From positions 13,516,001-13,580,000 of the forward strand of contig OZ365116.1 of NCBI GenBank assembly GCA_977030845.1: a DNA stretch of 64,000 nucleotides, read 5' to 3'. Shown piece by piece: positions 38,401 through 52,030 of the stretch; positions within the stretch are counted from its first letter, which is position 1; each line of letters starts with the position of its first letter. The DNA is from Fimbriosthenelais zetlandica. Lineage: Eukaryota. The notes beneath the pieces were generated by a model. That model had not been told where the DNA came from. It did no database searches and saw only the letters and a list, made by a program, of their open reading frames with translations. Both the position numbers and the translations under genes were made by a program.

Positions 38401-41400
38401 TATCTCATAGCATGCGTGGAATCTTGTGTGTATATAAACATATTTTGAGGCCCGAATGATTTGTCATTCTTTAGGGAATGAATCAGCTTAGTTTTGGTTC
38501 GTGTGGATGCCGTAGTCATTGTCTTGATGTCAAGGAATCAGGCGTGTAGAGATTTAACATGGTTATTGTCATTCGTTTATCTCTACCCATGCATGGCCAT
38601 GTCAGGGATGGGTGTCCCATCTTATCAGAATTATCTCATCTCATCCGCTTTCCATGGCAAACTTCATTTCAATGAGCTACCAGGAGAGACATTTTAAATG
38701 CCAATGTGCTTCTTGGACTGCTGCCATATTGGATGGGAAATTTCAATGGGAACATTGGGGTTATGTGGGGTACCAGAATAACCCTCAATTCAGCTTCAAA
38801 TAGGCAGGTGCCCGTGTGAACTTCGCACCCTTTGGTTACCCCCGATATTCCTCCTTGAGTGGATTTTTATTGATAATTGATGGCTCATCGAAATGATAGT
38901 CGAGCAATAATCAGGGTAAGGATGAAACAAAGGTTGAGGAGGTCAGACAGGCAGGAGGAAGTGGACAATGCCTCAAGTGACCTGTGGTCAGCCTATATGG
39001 GGGTAAACTGTTGGCGGGCCCGTTATCACATAGTCATTGGGGCGTACCCAAGGTTAGCAACAATTATGAAACGCCGGTGAAACCCCCGACCGTGCTGGCG
39101 TTTAGAGTACAATACCGGGCGATATTGAGAGGAACAATGGGTGGGCGATAATAGGTAACAATGGGTAACTCATGGTCAGCGAAAGGCCAGGGACGTGACT
39201 GATACGTGGCTGACGTCCAACATGACGTGACATGACACAAGAATGGGGGTAATTTACTCGCAGGGGCTTATTAGCAATGCCATGTCAATTGTGGGCGTCT
39301 CCCCGATTGGTGCAGGTGACAGAAAAATGGAAAGTTCTCCCCTGACTTGGTTGAATTGAGTGAAGGAGAGATCAGTCGAGGAATTTTTCAACAGATGTCT
39401 CACTCAGGCCTAATCCAGTTAGCATTTATAGGGTTTATCCTTATAAACCATCCTTTGATTAAATTCCATAAGGGGCCTTCTTTAGGTTCTTTAAGGGGGC
39501 TTATTGTGGAGTCGGGAGATCTTAATGTTGTAAGTAGGCAGTGCCAGTTGCCATGGTAGTTATGGGTCGTGGGGTCAGACATGGCTAGATGGACCCAGGG
39601 AGTCGTACGGGTGGACTCAATCGTGAATAAATGGAGGGGAAAAAAGTGTTTAATTTCTGCCAAAGGTTACGGCTATTTTCCGTAATCACCAGCAGGTCTG
39701 ACCAGTCGTTTAGAACTACTTAATAACCCGTCTTTCCATTCACCAATCTGGGGTTAAAAGTTTAACTCCCCTCTCCCCCTCACCTCTCCCCGAGCTCGTA
39801 AAATATTAGTTTTGCCCCGGCACCGTATGAGCCTGGCGGGCATCTCAACAATAAGTTGATTTTTTTATGGCCTTGCCTGATATGAAGTAACTTGTCCTGC
39901 GGCAGAAAACAGATTGTTTTCTTTTAGGCCTGGTTGGTTGGGTTTGCTTATTGGCGGGGTAAATACCATGACAGTATTGGCAAGCCTTCTGCCGCTAGGG
40001 TTTTTTATGTGGCAGGTTTAATGATGTAATTGGAAGTGGCCACCAGTTATATGCGGCACTTGGCAGCAGCTGAAGGGCATATTGTCTTCCCATCTTCGCT
40101 AAAAAGTTTGCCCAACAACTGTAGAAAAAATCTTTCCAATTGGGAGTGTACATAAAAAGTCTTGACTAATTCATCGAAAATTGAAACCTGATTATGTTCT
40201 TGCTAAGAAAGCGATTGCACAGAAATCTATAGAGATTCGGGAAATACTGGGAGTTGTAAGGTTGTTAATTAATTTCTTTTGGTGTGAATATAAACATTAG
40301 AACAATCCTAAAATAATTTTCCAATGTGTTTAGTATAGAAAAACATGAATAGCCTCAGGGTGTTCTGAAAGTAGTGTATGAAAAGAATCATCTAACCAAG
40401 GCTTACTTTTCAATTCGAAACTGTTATTAGTCTTATTTCATTTTCACCTCAATCAGAACTTTCTTCGTTATTCCCCTTCATAATTAATCAGATTCTAACG
40501 AGCCTTGGCGCCGTAGCAGGGTGTAAGTAAACTAATAGACGCCGCCTGGATGCTAAATGGCGAACTAGGCGATCAAATGGCTCCCAGGAGACATTCTCCT
40601 CTTATCCTTTATTCATCAGCCGATGACAAATTACGTCATTATTTTTCATCGATTAATAATGCATACTTTACACCTGTTTTTATGTAAGAGCACGAACATG
40701 AAGTAACGCCAAGTGCCAAGTTAAGAAAATAGCGTGAGCAGCAAGCAAAAGCTAATTAAAAAATGTCAAAACTTTGAAGGTTGCCCTTAGCATGTGTCAG
40801 AGGCGGTAGGCCGAAGTACGAATAGTTCTGTTTCTGCTGACGCTACCTATATCCTATTTTGATAAATTTCCTTTACAAAACTGATCTATATAGGATTGAA
40901 AAGCCATATTGCCTGTTGAGTGATTTAACTTTCCAACAATCTGTTATTTTTAAACCTACAATTTCTCTCATTTCTTTTTTTTGCCTGACTCGTTTGAAAA
41001 GTTCATGGTTTAAAGGTCAACATGGGTGATTTATTATACCCAAACATTAAATACTAGTTACCATGCAAACTACCACCGTTCTTTATTTATCCAAAACAAA
41101 AATTATCTACACGACTGACTCGCACATGCTCCCTCCACTATTTGCTATAAACGTATCTCTCTCCAGATAATATGATAAATGTCACATCGTTTATCACCTT
41201 ATTGATAAACCATCTCAGGTGACACTTTGCTATTATAATTTTCACTCTTTTCAAAAAACAGTTTGACACCAATTCAGATTCATCGATAGCGATTTATTTT
41301 CTACTCCTCCCCATAATCAGGAAATCGTATAAATGTGACAGGGGTATAATTTTTCTCATAGTGTTATTGATTTAAAAAAAATGAAAATTCCCTGCGGCAT

Positions 41401-41956
41401 TGTAGTTAGTTAAAGTTGTCATTGCATAATGGTTATAACGATGGGTTTGCTCGGGAAATGCATGTATTCGTTAGCCCGCAGGTACGTTGAGGTTTTAGAT
41501 TTCAAAAAATTCTCCCTGGGGCTAGTTCGTCCGATGGAAACCAGTGTCCTTCCCTCCTCCGAGTGTCACCATAGCAACCATGAGGTCATAGCCTTGTCTA
41601 TCGGTTCCTGTCTCCAGCAATTTTCTAATTGGAAAGAGAGAAGAGATGTGATGGGATAAGGGGCGAGGTTGTCATCTGAAAATGGCGAAGCTAAAACAAT
41701 GGTTCCTATTAGAGCAGACGGGGCGGGGGAGCCGGAGTAGAGGTCGAGGGTCGGGAGGCTTGTCCATTGTTCTAATGGGTTGTATGACAGCTAGAAGAGC
41801 TAGAGAATGAGAAAAAGAGGATGGGGAGAGGTAAAGAGAGCAGGGGAGGGAGAGAGGTGGGGGAGGGGGATGCACATCCGAAGATAGAGGGCGTTTTAGT
41901 GCACGATAGAATTCCCGGAATCATAATCAATAAAAAAGAACTAAAAAAGAGATGAT

Positions 41957-41982
41957 GGGTAGGATGGGGTTGGGGTTGGGGG
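41957..41982 (+). other. G-quadruplex-forming motif
   Basis: GGGtaggatGGGGttGGGGttGGGGG fits G3+N1-7 x4. Confidence 0.6.
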
Positions 41983-43529
41983 TTAATATGAAATTTCCAA
42001 GTGACAGATGTCCTTATGTTGAAGGACTAACGTATTACATCATCCTTGATTGAGGCTTCATTAATTAGACCCGCCATGTTGCTCGTCACAGGTGCATGTC
42101 ATGAGCTGGGCACAATTCGCCTCGTTCCTAACACCATCCTCCAGCGCCTTTTTTTTGTCAATATTTTAATTTAATTGGTCCAGCAGTGCGAGGAGTCTGC
42201 GACCTCTGCATTGGTCCCCGAGTTTAGGCGGGTTCAATAGTTCTGTATGGATGTTCACGTCTTTGTTTGCTGCTCCAGAAAATATCTGACATCATCAATC
42301 AAACCATGTGACACAGATGATATTAATTAAAAAAAAATCTTCACAGAATGAAAAGATTTAAAAAATTGAAAATTATCTGAAATTAGAGGAGTGCAGTCGG
42401 AGTCACACATCCCTAGTCTTCCACATAGTATGATTCATGCATTATATTTCCGACTTCCTGTTTGAAATAATAGAAATGAAAAATGAAGGGAAAAGAAAAA
42501 GGACCATGGTTGATAATTATCTGTAGATCTGTGATAGACAGCATGGTGTTGGCTGTCAGAAAACACAGGGATTACAAAGGGATCTTTTATAAATCTTCCA
42601 ATGAAAGGGAGATTCGTGACAGGCCTCGAGGCGGCCTCAGGTGGGCATTCATATGGTGGTGGGGTGTGTTTTTTCATCTGTTGCACACACACTTTCTCAT
42701 CCATATAAACACACGCACACATACAGGTTTGACACTTCCTATTTAGCCTCATCCTAACAACCCCGCCCCTCCTCTAATACCCTTAATTCCTTCAGCTTAA
42801 AGCCTTTTGTTTTAGCTGCTTAACTTGCTTGTGGTGAAAGGTGTGCTACCTTGTCTGTGTGCATTGGCTGTGGGGGCTTATGAACCTGAGGGAATAGACC
42901 CTTGGAGACCTTTTAAGCTCTTGACAATACAGACACTCTTGTTAATATACCCCCTCCAGAGTATTCGTTGAACAGATAATTACAGGAATATGTTACATGC
43001 ATCCTTAATTGACCATGTCCTATAAACCTATGGTAAAAGTTAAATAGGGTAAAATGATGACCTTATTGACCATTGACATATGACTGATGTCACAGGGCGA
43101 TAATAGGGGATAAGTTGGGGACAAAGTGTGTAAATACTCCACCCCCTTAGTTAGAATATGACGGCTATTATTCCTCACCAGGGGGGCTAAGTTCCCTATT
43201 TGTTTTAAACCCCCGCGCCACCTCGCCTCACAAAAGATGACGAATAGTCGGCGGAAGTGCTATTGTTCCTCAAGTGTCGCAGGTGATATGCACCCCTAAT
43301 ATATTTTTTTCTTCCAGTCATAACTCGCTTAAAAAATATTTCGGCCTCTTGAAGGATTGCATGATTGTGTCATGTATATCATGTTTCTATCATCATTATG
43401 ACTGCACATTGGGAAAAAACTTACTTGGGTCAATGAATGCGAACAATTTGTCTTTGGCATAAATACTAATTGCTGTATATCATGGCATCATTCTTGTTTT
43501 TTCAGCTTTAATGAATACTATGACAGATT

Positions 43530-43730
43530 GCGATTAAAAGATGAGGGATTTAAAGGATGGTTTTATTGCGTCATTTATAAAGAGAGATATGCTACGATGC
43601 ATGTTAGAGCAAGGCTACTTTTTTATTGGCTGAAAAATAGAAGGATTGATTGTAAAGAGGAGGGAGTCATGTCATGTGTATGTATGACCATTGACGCCCC
43701 TCGACCCCCACCTTTGGCCCCCTACCTCGA
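43530..43730 (+). mobile_element. LINE RT fossil
   Basis: RLLFYWLKNRRIDCKEEGVMS...DAPRPPPLAPYL resembles LL.W..SFL.NR.Q.V...G..S....GVPQG..L.P.L. Confidence 0.35.
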
Positions 43731-46700
43731 CCCAACCACACCCAAAACCCCAAACTCAAGGTGGTCACCATGGCCGGGAACAATAAAAGCACTGGATGTA
43801 TTCACCTCGCGCACCGCCCATGTTTATTGCCTTGATTCCTGTGGTCACTTGGGTGCAATATGGCAATGGTCAAGTTTATGAATAATTAAAACTGGCGTCT
43901 CTACACGAACACTGGTATACACGCGCGAGCCACCACCAGGTATCGCCAATTGTGGCGAGACACTAATAAGCTCTCATTGTCTCTAATATAAGCCTATCGC
44001 AGTGTCAGGATTGCATCAATTAACAGCGTAATTGCTCGTTGAAAATGGATGGAATTTCCATGGAGAACTCCTTTAGAGAACATCTGTAGGGGGGATGATG
44101 GGTGGGGAGGATAAAGGGAGGAATGGGAAGCCTCTGACTCGTGAAGTTTTAATGAGCCCCTCTTTTAAAAGGTCTTTCTAAATAACCTGTTTCCAAGGTA
44201 ACCCACTCAGTAAGCGTCTCATGACAAATGACCTCTGATGAATTATTCTTACGCTGCGGCGCGTGCGCCACCTGGATGCGAAGGTGTTCACGGTCCGGCC
44301 GGGGAGGTTCACTGTCTATTGTTTCCTCATCAATAAAGCTTAACAAATACTGACTTCAGCCTTCCTCTGTAAGGCCGGCAAGATCAGTAGATCCTACTCT
44401 TACTCAATTGTGAATAATTAACCCATTGTCCCGGTGTGAAGTTAAATGAAAAGTGGTCTTAGGTCAAAGGTGTCGTCTCAGCCAGTGATATAATAAAATC
44501 AATAAGTTATTGATTAATGGCCTATTAATCGGGTGAGGGTAGTGGATAATGTATTTATTCCGGACCAAGTAACCTTATATAAACCCCCACCTTTGATGCT
44601 TTTGTGGAAGTTGATAAAAATGGTAAACAGGACTTCATCAATTTGTCATCCAGCCAGATTGCTTTTTCGCTGAAGTGAAAAGAGTAATTTGTATAAGGCT
44701 GTGAAATTGAGAGGACTTAATCAAACCTTTTACAGGCGATTAAACCTGATAGTGGGAATTGCATTAGTCCCAAATCCTATGGGGTTGCATTTCCTATGGG
44801 ATTGCTTTTCATTGAAGGAAACTGGTTTTAAAACATATCTAAATTGCTTCGATTTTCTTACTTTGGGTTGAAAATGAACTTAAAGCAATGCATCAAATAC
44901 CCGTCTCCTCAGCGTGATGGCTTCAAGTTTTTCCTCACATCTCCCGTGATAATCATCAGAAATAAAAGCAGATAAAGCCATCCAATTTACAATTATCATC
45001 CTGACTTTACACCAGCTGTTGCCCACCACCTTCCTTCCTCCCCATTTCCCACCACCAGGAGGAGGATCCATCTATTGCTAGTGATGCATGTTGGATGAGG
45101 ACTGGGGTGCTGTAGTAGGCTGGTGGCTACTGAAGCGTGAAGCCAGTGTCATGAGAGCGTGGAATTATAAACGCCTAGCTGTCGTCAGCATCATAATGGC
45201 TTTAATTGGCGCCCAGTAGCCTACTGCTGCTTGATTAGAATCCCCATCCCACCTCCCCCACCAACACCGACAATTATATATCGATTACCCCGGCAAACTC
45301 AATGCTCCCAACATTCAGTGCATTCACTGACATGGCCCCCGCGGTAATGACTCTGATCCTGATCCAGAAAGGATAATATCCTCCAGATGTTATCTTTATA
45401 TTATTTATTCACCAAAGGTTCGTTTTAAGGTGTCTTGACATTGCTTTTATTATCATATCGGAGCCATATTATAGGTTGGTGACGTAAGTAGTATATAGAA
45501 ATGGTTGGTTCTTGCAACTTTGTGTTCAATCTCGAACTCCACGAGATTGGGCGTGACATTGGAAAATTTGCAGAATAATCTGATGCCGTAGTGGGTTGGT
45601 TGCTGGTGGTTGGGTTATGGGTGATGTGGTGTTAGGGGGAGGCAGGGAAAATATCCCCCCATACGATTTAATGTGCCATGATGGCCAGACATGCGCAGTA
45701 CGACCTGCAGACAAATCACACGGCGAATATGCCCCAAGGGCAGACAAACAGAGAGAAGGGAGAGAATGGGAGAGGTAGGCACTGCGGCAGCAGACGCCAC
45801 ATTGATTCTGATTAAAAGACGAGATTAGGCTTAAATTACCCGCCAGATCACATCAGCAGGAAAGGGCGAAATGCTTACTCACCTCACTACCCAGTGCAAC
45901 AAACCCCCCTTTTTTGAACACCCTCCTCCTCCTCTCCGTACACCCAAACATAGTGAGAAACCTTCATAAATACACTCAGATCACCCCATGTTATCCCTCC
46001 AGGGCTGAACCAGATAAAAAGTCACAGTACAATCAGGTACTACACACAAAGAATCCATTTACAAGGTCAAAATGATTGCTTTTATTATCACAAAATAAGA
46101 TCCGGTAATTATATCACATTATAGACATCTTATCTGGTTTAGGCAATGGTTCTCACCTATGGTAGTTCATGAAGTTAATTGTCCTGCACTGCACTCCAGT
46201 GCTCTTGTTTTGATTTCAACCCCACTTCAACCCCAACTTTAACCCTTTTTCGTGATCAAATTATTTATTTATCCAGTGCCCCCTCCAGGTGCATGTATCA
46301 ACACCTCCCATGGGTGCAGCGGGGTGAAAAGAGTACATGATTTGCCGGGCAGAGATAACCTGCTTAACTCCCAGATAAAACTCTCCAAATCCTCAACTTT
46401 CTCTCCCTTGACTTAAGCGATTGCCTTTAAGGATCTTAATACTTTCTTAAGTCTCCTGTCTTTGTGAGACAGGGAGAAGCCCCAGATGAGCATTAAGAAT
46501 TCATGGGAATTAATCCCTCATTTGATGCAGGCTCATTGTCCAAGCGGTTCCATGGGGGGTTTTCTCTGCCTGGATTCCGAAAGGAAAGGTGATCCATCTT
46601 TCTCTTGCTTGGATTTCACATGGAAACCCGTCACTTTTACGATCGCCAAACTTTTAAAGCAAAATCAGATTCAATTTTTTACCCGAATTAATCATTTTTA

Positions 46701-48699
46701 TCTGCATTTTTCAGACTTGATTTTAATGAATGGTGTTAATGGGTTTTGGAGGAGTGCATTGGGCGAAGTTTCACATGTAGTTAAAATGGAGAGGGATATC
46801 CTTTCGAAAATTAATATACGCGAGCCTCCCTCAGAAGATTATACCTGAGGTTGGAAATATGTGTTTTTTACAGGTATTAAACCTTTCTTATTAATTATCA
46901 TCCCTTGCTTAGCGGTGGATTGCTTTATACCTTGACCACTGAAGTGTATGGACAGTGCATGCGAGTGTCCAATCAAGATGTCACTTTCTCCTCTGTACAT
47001 ACACCATCTCGATGACCATCTCAATCGCTCATCAAATATTGATACCCCTGACCAGACTGACCTTTGCTGTATATACACACATACACATTGACCACAGGTG
47101 TCCATCGGACTGCCCCTTGTCACTGAACACTGCGCCCGAATTAAGAATTAATCAGAGATGGGCTCTGATTAAGATATTTAAGCGATAATTCAATGAGTGG
47201 CAATATGTTCATACAAGCAGGTATGATGGATGGCGGCGTGCCTGGGGCGGGAATCAGGCGGCGGAAAGATGACGTTGATGGATTAATCTGATTGATACCA
47301 ACTCTGATTATTCTTCTGGAAAGTCGAATGTTTCCACGACTCTAATACAAATTGATTACTTGCATGTTGTACATGAAAGAAGAGATATATTTTGTTCTCA
47401 AATGCCTCAAGCCAAATTCCTCATCGTCACATGATGCTTTTGATGTATATTCTCCTCTATTTGCTCAACTCGTCCTAATTATGTCGAATTCGGGAAAATA
47501 TTTCGATTAATCATAATGGTGGCGTCAATAAATTATGTAGTAATGTTACTTAATGATGTTATTCACGAAATTTACCTTTAATATCAGATCTATTTTCCGC
47601 CCGAGGACTTAATTTCTGTTGTATACTCTTACCCTTGATCGAACATCAAAGGAACCGCTGAAATTCATTGCTATTATTCAAATGAAATCAATCCACTTTG
47701 GAACTACAATTGAAGAGGATTTGATTCCGCTCTTCCTTCCCAAAACTTCCATTAATGATCATCCTAACCTAATTACAGAGAATCGCCCCTCACCCTTCCC
47801 TACTCATTAGCACTGGACACCACTGAAATCTTAGCTCTCCCTGGAACTGACTACTGGCCTTTTCCTTGACCATTATCTCTTTACACCCTTCTAGGATGAC
47901 ACCACTGCCCCCGAGCATTGCTGGGAGGTGACCGCTCAGAGGAAAGTCCTCTGAGCAAGAACTGTTTTGTATATACCCCATAGTAGTGACCACTGGCTGG
48001 ACACTATTCATTACTGACCACTCAGTCTGAGGGTTTCCCCCACTAGAATCAATTAGTCCCGACAACCATCTCCCGTTTCGCCCTCCCGCTCACCTTCTAA
48101 AGGAGAGTTCCACTTCCAGGTGCGCGTGGGATGACAATGCGATGCGCGGAAGGACAGCTGCTTTACGCTGGGGTGTCATAGCAGGGGGTGGGATAGGTAT
48201 TGTCATGGAAACCAGAGTGGTGTCATGGTAACCCAGCAAGTCAGCTCACTCCTCAGTCGACTTATTATACGGCCACTCTCTTTAAGTAGCCTTCTAATGT
48301 TTAGCGGCAGTCATATTCTCTTTTTTTTTAATGAAGATACGAACAGCATTAGTGTATTACTAGCTTGTATGGATCCAGAGCACAAAGAAAATAATAGGCA
48401 AAAGTTTGATACCTCTGAAAGTGTTAAAATATTGGTTGGTCACTCTGCTGCTGATTGCCCATTGGTCACTCCATCCCGTGGTGATCCCACTCTGCTCTCA
48501 ATTGCCATTGACCAAACATCATTGTATTCTATACAATGCGATAAAAAGGCCATATTCTTATTGTAATGTCCACCCCTACTCACATAGACAGCGCATTGTG
48601 CCGGCTGGAGCCCAACACAATACAGAAATGTAAATGAAAAAGTGAGCTATTTCAAAGCAGTGATGTCCTTCTTGCCAATTAGCAAGGACATTTGATTTG

Positions 48700-49080
48700 C
48701 ATTCTGGCATTTGGACTTAGAAAATGGTCGTTTTCATATTGGAAATGTTTTCATCAATACGAAGTGCATTCAGTCCCTGTTGTGGCATATCTTGATGACC
48801 TTTTCTTTTCTAGTGGGGAACACGATTCAATACTTAATGGTTAGGGAGGCAAAACTGGATGTAATAATGGTTGAAAAAAGGCGTGGCCAATGTGATTGAG
48901 TGACACGTGTGGCTTAGGGTTTATGTGTTGAGCTGTTGCCTCGGCTATTGTTGTAATGTGATTGCCTTTCCTTGTGGTCCACACCGATAAAATCTGCTTG
49001 TTACCAAACATGGCATCAATATTTAGCTGCCAGGAAAATGCATCACACAGTCGTGAACATATTGAATTGTCTTTCATTTT
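48700..49080 (+). mobile_element. Gypsy RT fossil
   Basis: LDLENGRFHI (48711) resembles LDLKNGF.HI; KLDVIMV resembles YLDDIII; GKC..Q at ~49035 resembles ..KC.F. Confidence 0.4.
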
Positions 49081-50167
49081 GTCCATAAGAGGCGTGGACA
49101 CAACCTACAGGATAATTGTCACTGACCACGACAGATTCTTTACAATTCATGCCCTCCTCATCCCGGCCCATTTAGACTGTCCACTGACCAGTGACATCTG
49201 GGTTTTGTGTACCTGCAGCTCCAATGGTCACTGCAATGGTCAGTGAGAGAATGGTCAGTGAGTTCAAGTAGTCGAGTTCCAGATGATAATGGTCCAAAAA
49301 GTGGTAGTTGTCCTCAATGAGGGTGTTAAATAAATGAATAAATTGTTGGAGGATTGGGTTTATAATAGGGTGGTAGGGTATGTATTGAGGTGACAGTTGT
49401 TTCTTCGTGACAGCACAGCAGATGGAAGTGTAGAGGTGGTAGTGAAAGCCGAGGCAGGTTAATACCTACCTGTGAGTCTATCTGAAAAGCTTAATGAAGC
49501 TTAATTACAGGTGGGCGGGCTTCAGGTGTTATGTTTTTGTTGGTTATGGAGCTCTCTTGTCACTTCGGTCCTCTACTTGTCAGATAAGAGGTGCTAAAGG
49601 TGCGAAAGGTGGCAATCACTGATGAAAAGTTGTCTGCTTATTGGCTGATGTGTGCTGAAACTCAATTGTGGTGCTTGTTAAATTAATAAATTTGATATTC
49701 TGGCAAGTTATTACTTTCTGCTCCTTCCGTGATGGGAAGGAAACGAAAATCAAATTTGACAGGGTTAAACTAGTGCGTGTCCTTAGGGCATGTGAGTTGT
49801 CTGCCATGGGTTTTCCTTTTTGTTCTTTTCATTTGAAATGATTCTTTTTATGTACAAACATTGAACTGATTAGAGCATGCACCCAAATTTTTAGTTTGAA
49901 TTTTACTCAAAAAAAGGAGCGGACCAGACAGAAAAATTATTTCCCTTAGAACTTGATAGACAAAAGAACTGCTGTACTTAACACAAAAGAGTAGGTCGTC
50001 TTTGGGGGTTGGGGAAAAATGATGGAAAGTTGAAGTGTTTGGAGGATGAAGGAGAGGAAAGCAGACACTCCATGCCTTGTAAAGAGAAAAAGTGTCAAGT
50101 ATCTGACACATCCCCCGAGTTCCCGCATGCCTCCATCAAAGCAGATGACATTTTTTCACCCCTCCAG

Positions 50168-50236
50168 ATGTTGACTGTACAGGCCAAGTGGCGCACAGGA
50201 GGAAAACTGCCACGAGTTTTGTACACAATCAACGAG
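50168..50236 (+). other. Candidate isolated 69-nt exon (unassigned)
   Basis: Acceptor cattttttcacccctccAG and donor gag|GTGCGT. Open in two frames (DVDCTGQVAHRRKTATSFVHNQR or MLTVQAKWRTGGKLPRVLYTINE). It does not join Bak exon 54883 in frame using this acceptor. Confidence 0.25.
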
Positions 50237-50778
50237 GTGCGTTAATAACTTTGCTTGTTTGCACCCAAAAGCGGAGGTTCACACCAGTTTCTCTTATCGT
50301 CTGGCCTTGTCCTGACCCGCCCCCGGAGAACCAACTACTCTCTCTGATAATTGCAGTGGTGGGCTGAGTTAAAGGAACAATTGTTTTTCAGCTGATATCT
50401 TCCTATGATTATTACACTTAGATGGCCCCAGAACTGAAATGGGTCTACTCGATTAGCAATCTCAGTGCATTTAAAACCCAGGTACAGGGTTAAGTGATCA
50501 GTACTTAAATTTAACTCATTGTTGGTAAACCAATGTAAAATGTTTTAAACATCTGTTAAGTATTGAACATGGTTTAGGAACATGGTCTTGAAAAACGAAG
50601 CTGAATATTGATATTAAATTGATACATTTGATGAAATCTGTAGTAGATTTCAACCTGCCAATGAAATGAATGCAACACGATGAGGGTCCCACTGGTTGTT
50701 GCCTAGGATCTTCCCAGTTCTATGTCAACAAACCTGTGCTTGACACCAAGCAAGTATAGTTTATGATTCAGGGTATAT

Positions 50779-50840
50779 ATTGCAATGTTTTAGCTATAGA
50801 TTGCAATGTTTTTGCTATAGATCGCAATGTATTAGCTACA
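50779..50840. repeat. Three-copy 21-bp tandem repeat
   Basis: attgcaatgttttagctatag / attgcaatgtttttgctatag / atcgcaatgtattagctaca. Confidence 0.9.
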
Positions 50841-51779
50841 CTTGATGCCTGAAGTTACCAGTGCTCCATATGAAGCATGACGATGATACACTGCTTATTG
50901 AAGCATGACATTAGGACACTGGTTGTTGACGTTGGTCTTCTGTGTTCAACGTCAACAAACGTGTGCCTGACTAACTGATACACTCAGTGGCCGAGTGAAA
51001 GATGTCAAAATATGTCTGCCGGTCACTTTATCAAAGGACACAGATGTTTACTAAGGGTGGTGCTTTGGGGCGGGTCTGAGTTTGAGATATCAGCTAATCC
51101 TCGCGGCTTTCATTACAAAGAGGTGGGCTTTACTCTCACCTTGTCAAACGTCATCACATTCATTGATACTGACTGCAATTTTCTCCCCAAAAAAACAACC
51201 AATTACTGAGACCTATAGTTCAACAAAAGTAATGTCCTTGAACGTAAGCCACTTTTGGAGGAGACATTCATCTACGATCTTTAATCAGTATTTTTTATAA
51301 ATATATTTCTCTTCTGACATCAAAGTTATAGTAGTTGAAATGCACCTTAAGGGTTAAATGATGGTTAAGAGCCCACCGGAGTAGACGATTTGTTAAAGGA
51401 GTAATCGGGGATTAGTAAAACCAATAAATCAATGAAGAATCTCTAATCGTGCATGGTGCACAATGAACCACTGCTGGGTCTATTACGAGGCTCTCTTAAT
51501 CCGGATAGATGGGGATTATGCTGTGTTTGTGGCCGGGATAAGATGGTCTATTGACTCACCCCATGACATATGGGGCTTGTGGCCCTCCATCCCTATGGGA
51601 GAAGGGTTGGGGCTTGGGAAAATCCTTTGGGACTTGATTCAATGGGTGGAATCAATGACAGGCTAAATGGTCGCGTTGATAGAAACTATTGCCTCCCGAA
51701 TGACCTTAAATATCAGAGAAAAACATGCAATTACAGAAATATCTCATTATCATTTTGCTCAATAAGCTATTTGTCAATG

Positions 51780-52030
51780 TACGATTCTTATGGGCAATGA
51801 TATATATAGGCCTACATTTTACCATAGACATAGAGAGAGATGTCTATGATTTTACAAAATTAAATTTGGGCGCATTTTCAAATTATGCTTGGGAGACAAT
51901 AATTGCATGTTCTGAAATGTGGATTTTGAGTTAAAGAGCTTTAGGAATGTCCATCATCAAGAATTTTGATGACAATTTTTATAAAAAATTATCCTGATTT
52001 TACCCGGTGGGACATTATGTGCGTGACGTT
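51780..52030 (+). mobile_element. Possible LINE endonuclease N-terminal fossil
   Basis: IIACSEMWIL (~51900-51930) resembles II.LSETWL, followed by a PGG..C/GGGV-like motif near 52005. Confidence 0.2.

Noticed and set aside
8030-48910. CACGTG E-box enrichment
   Set aside because: About ten copies seen, roughly the number expected by chance in 64 kb.
50168-50340. Bak alpha-1 helix exon (GQVAHRRKTATSFV versus EQVAQDTEEVFRSYV)
   Set aside because: Spacing is off by one, the conserved E.VF is absent, and there is no phase-2 donor in that frame.
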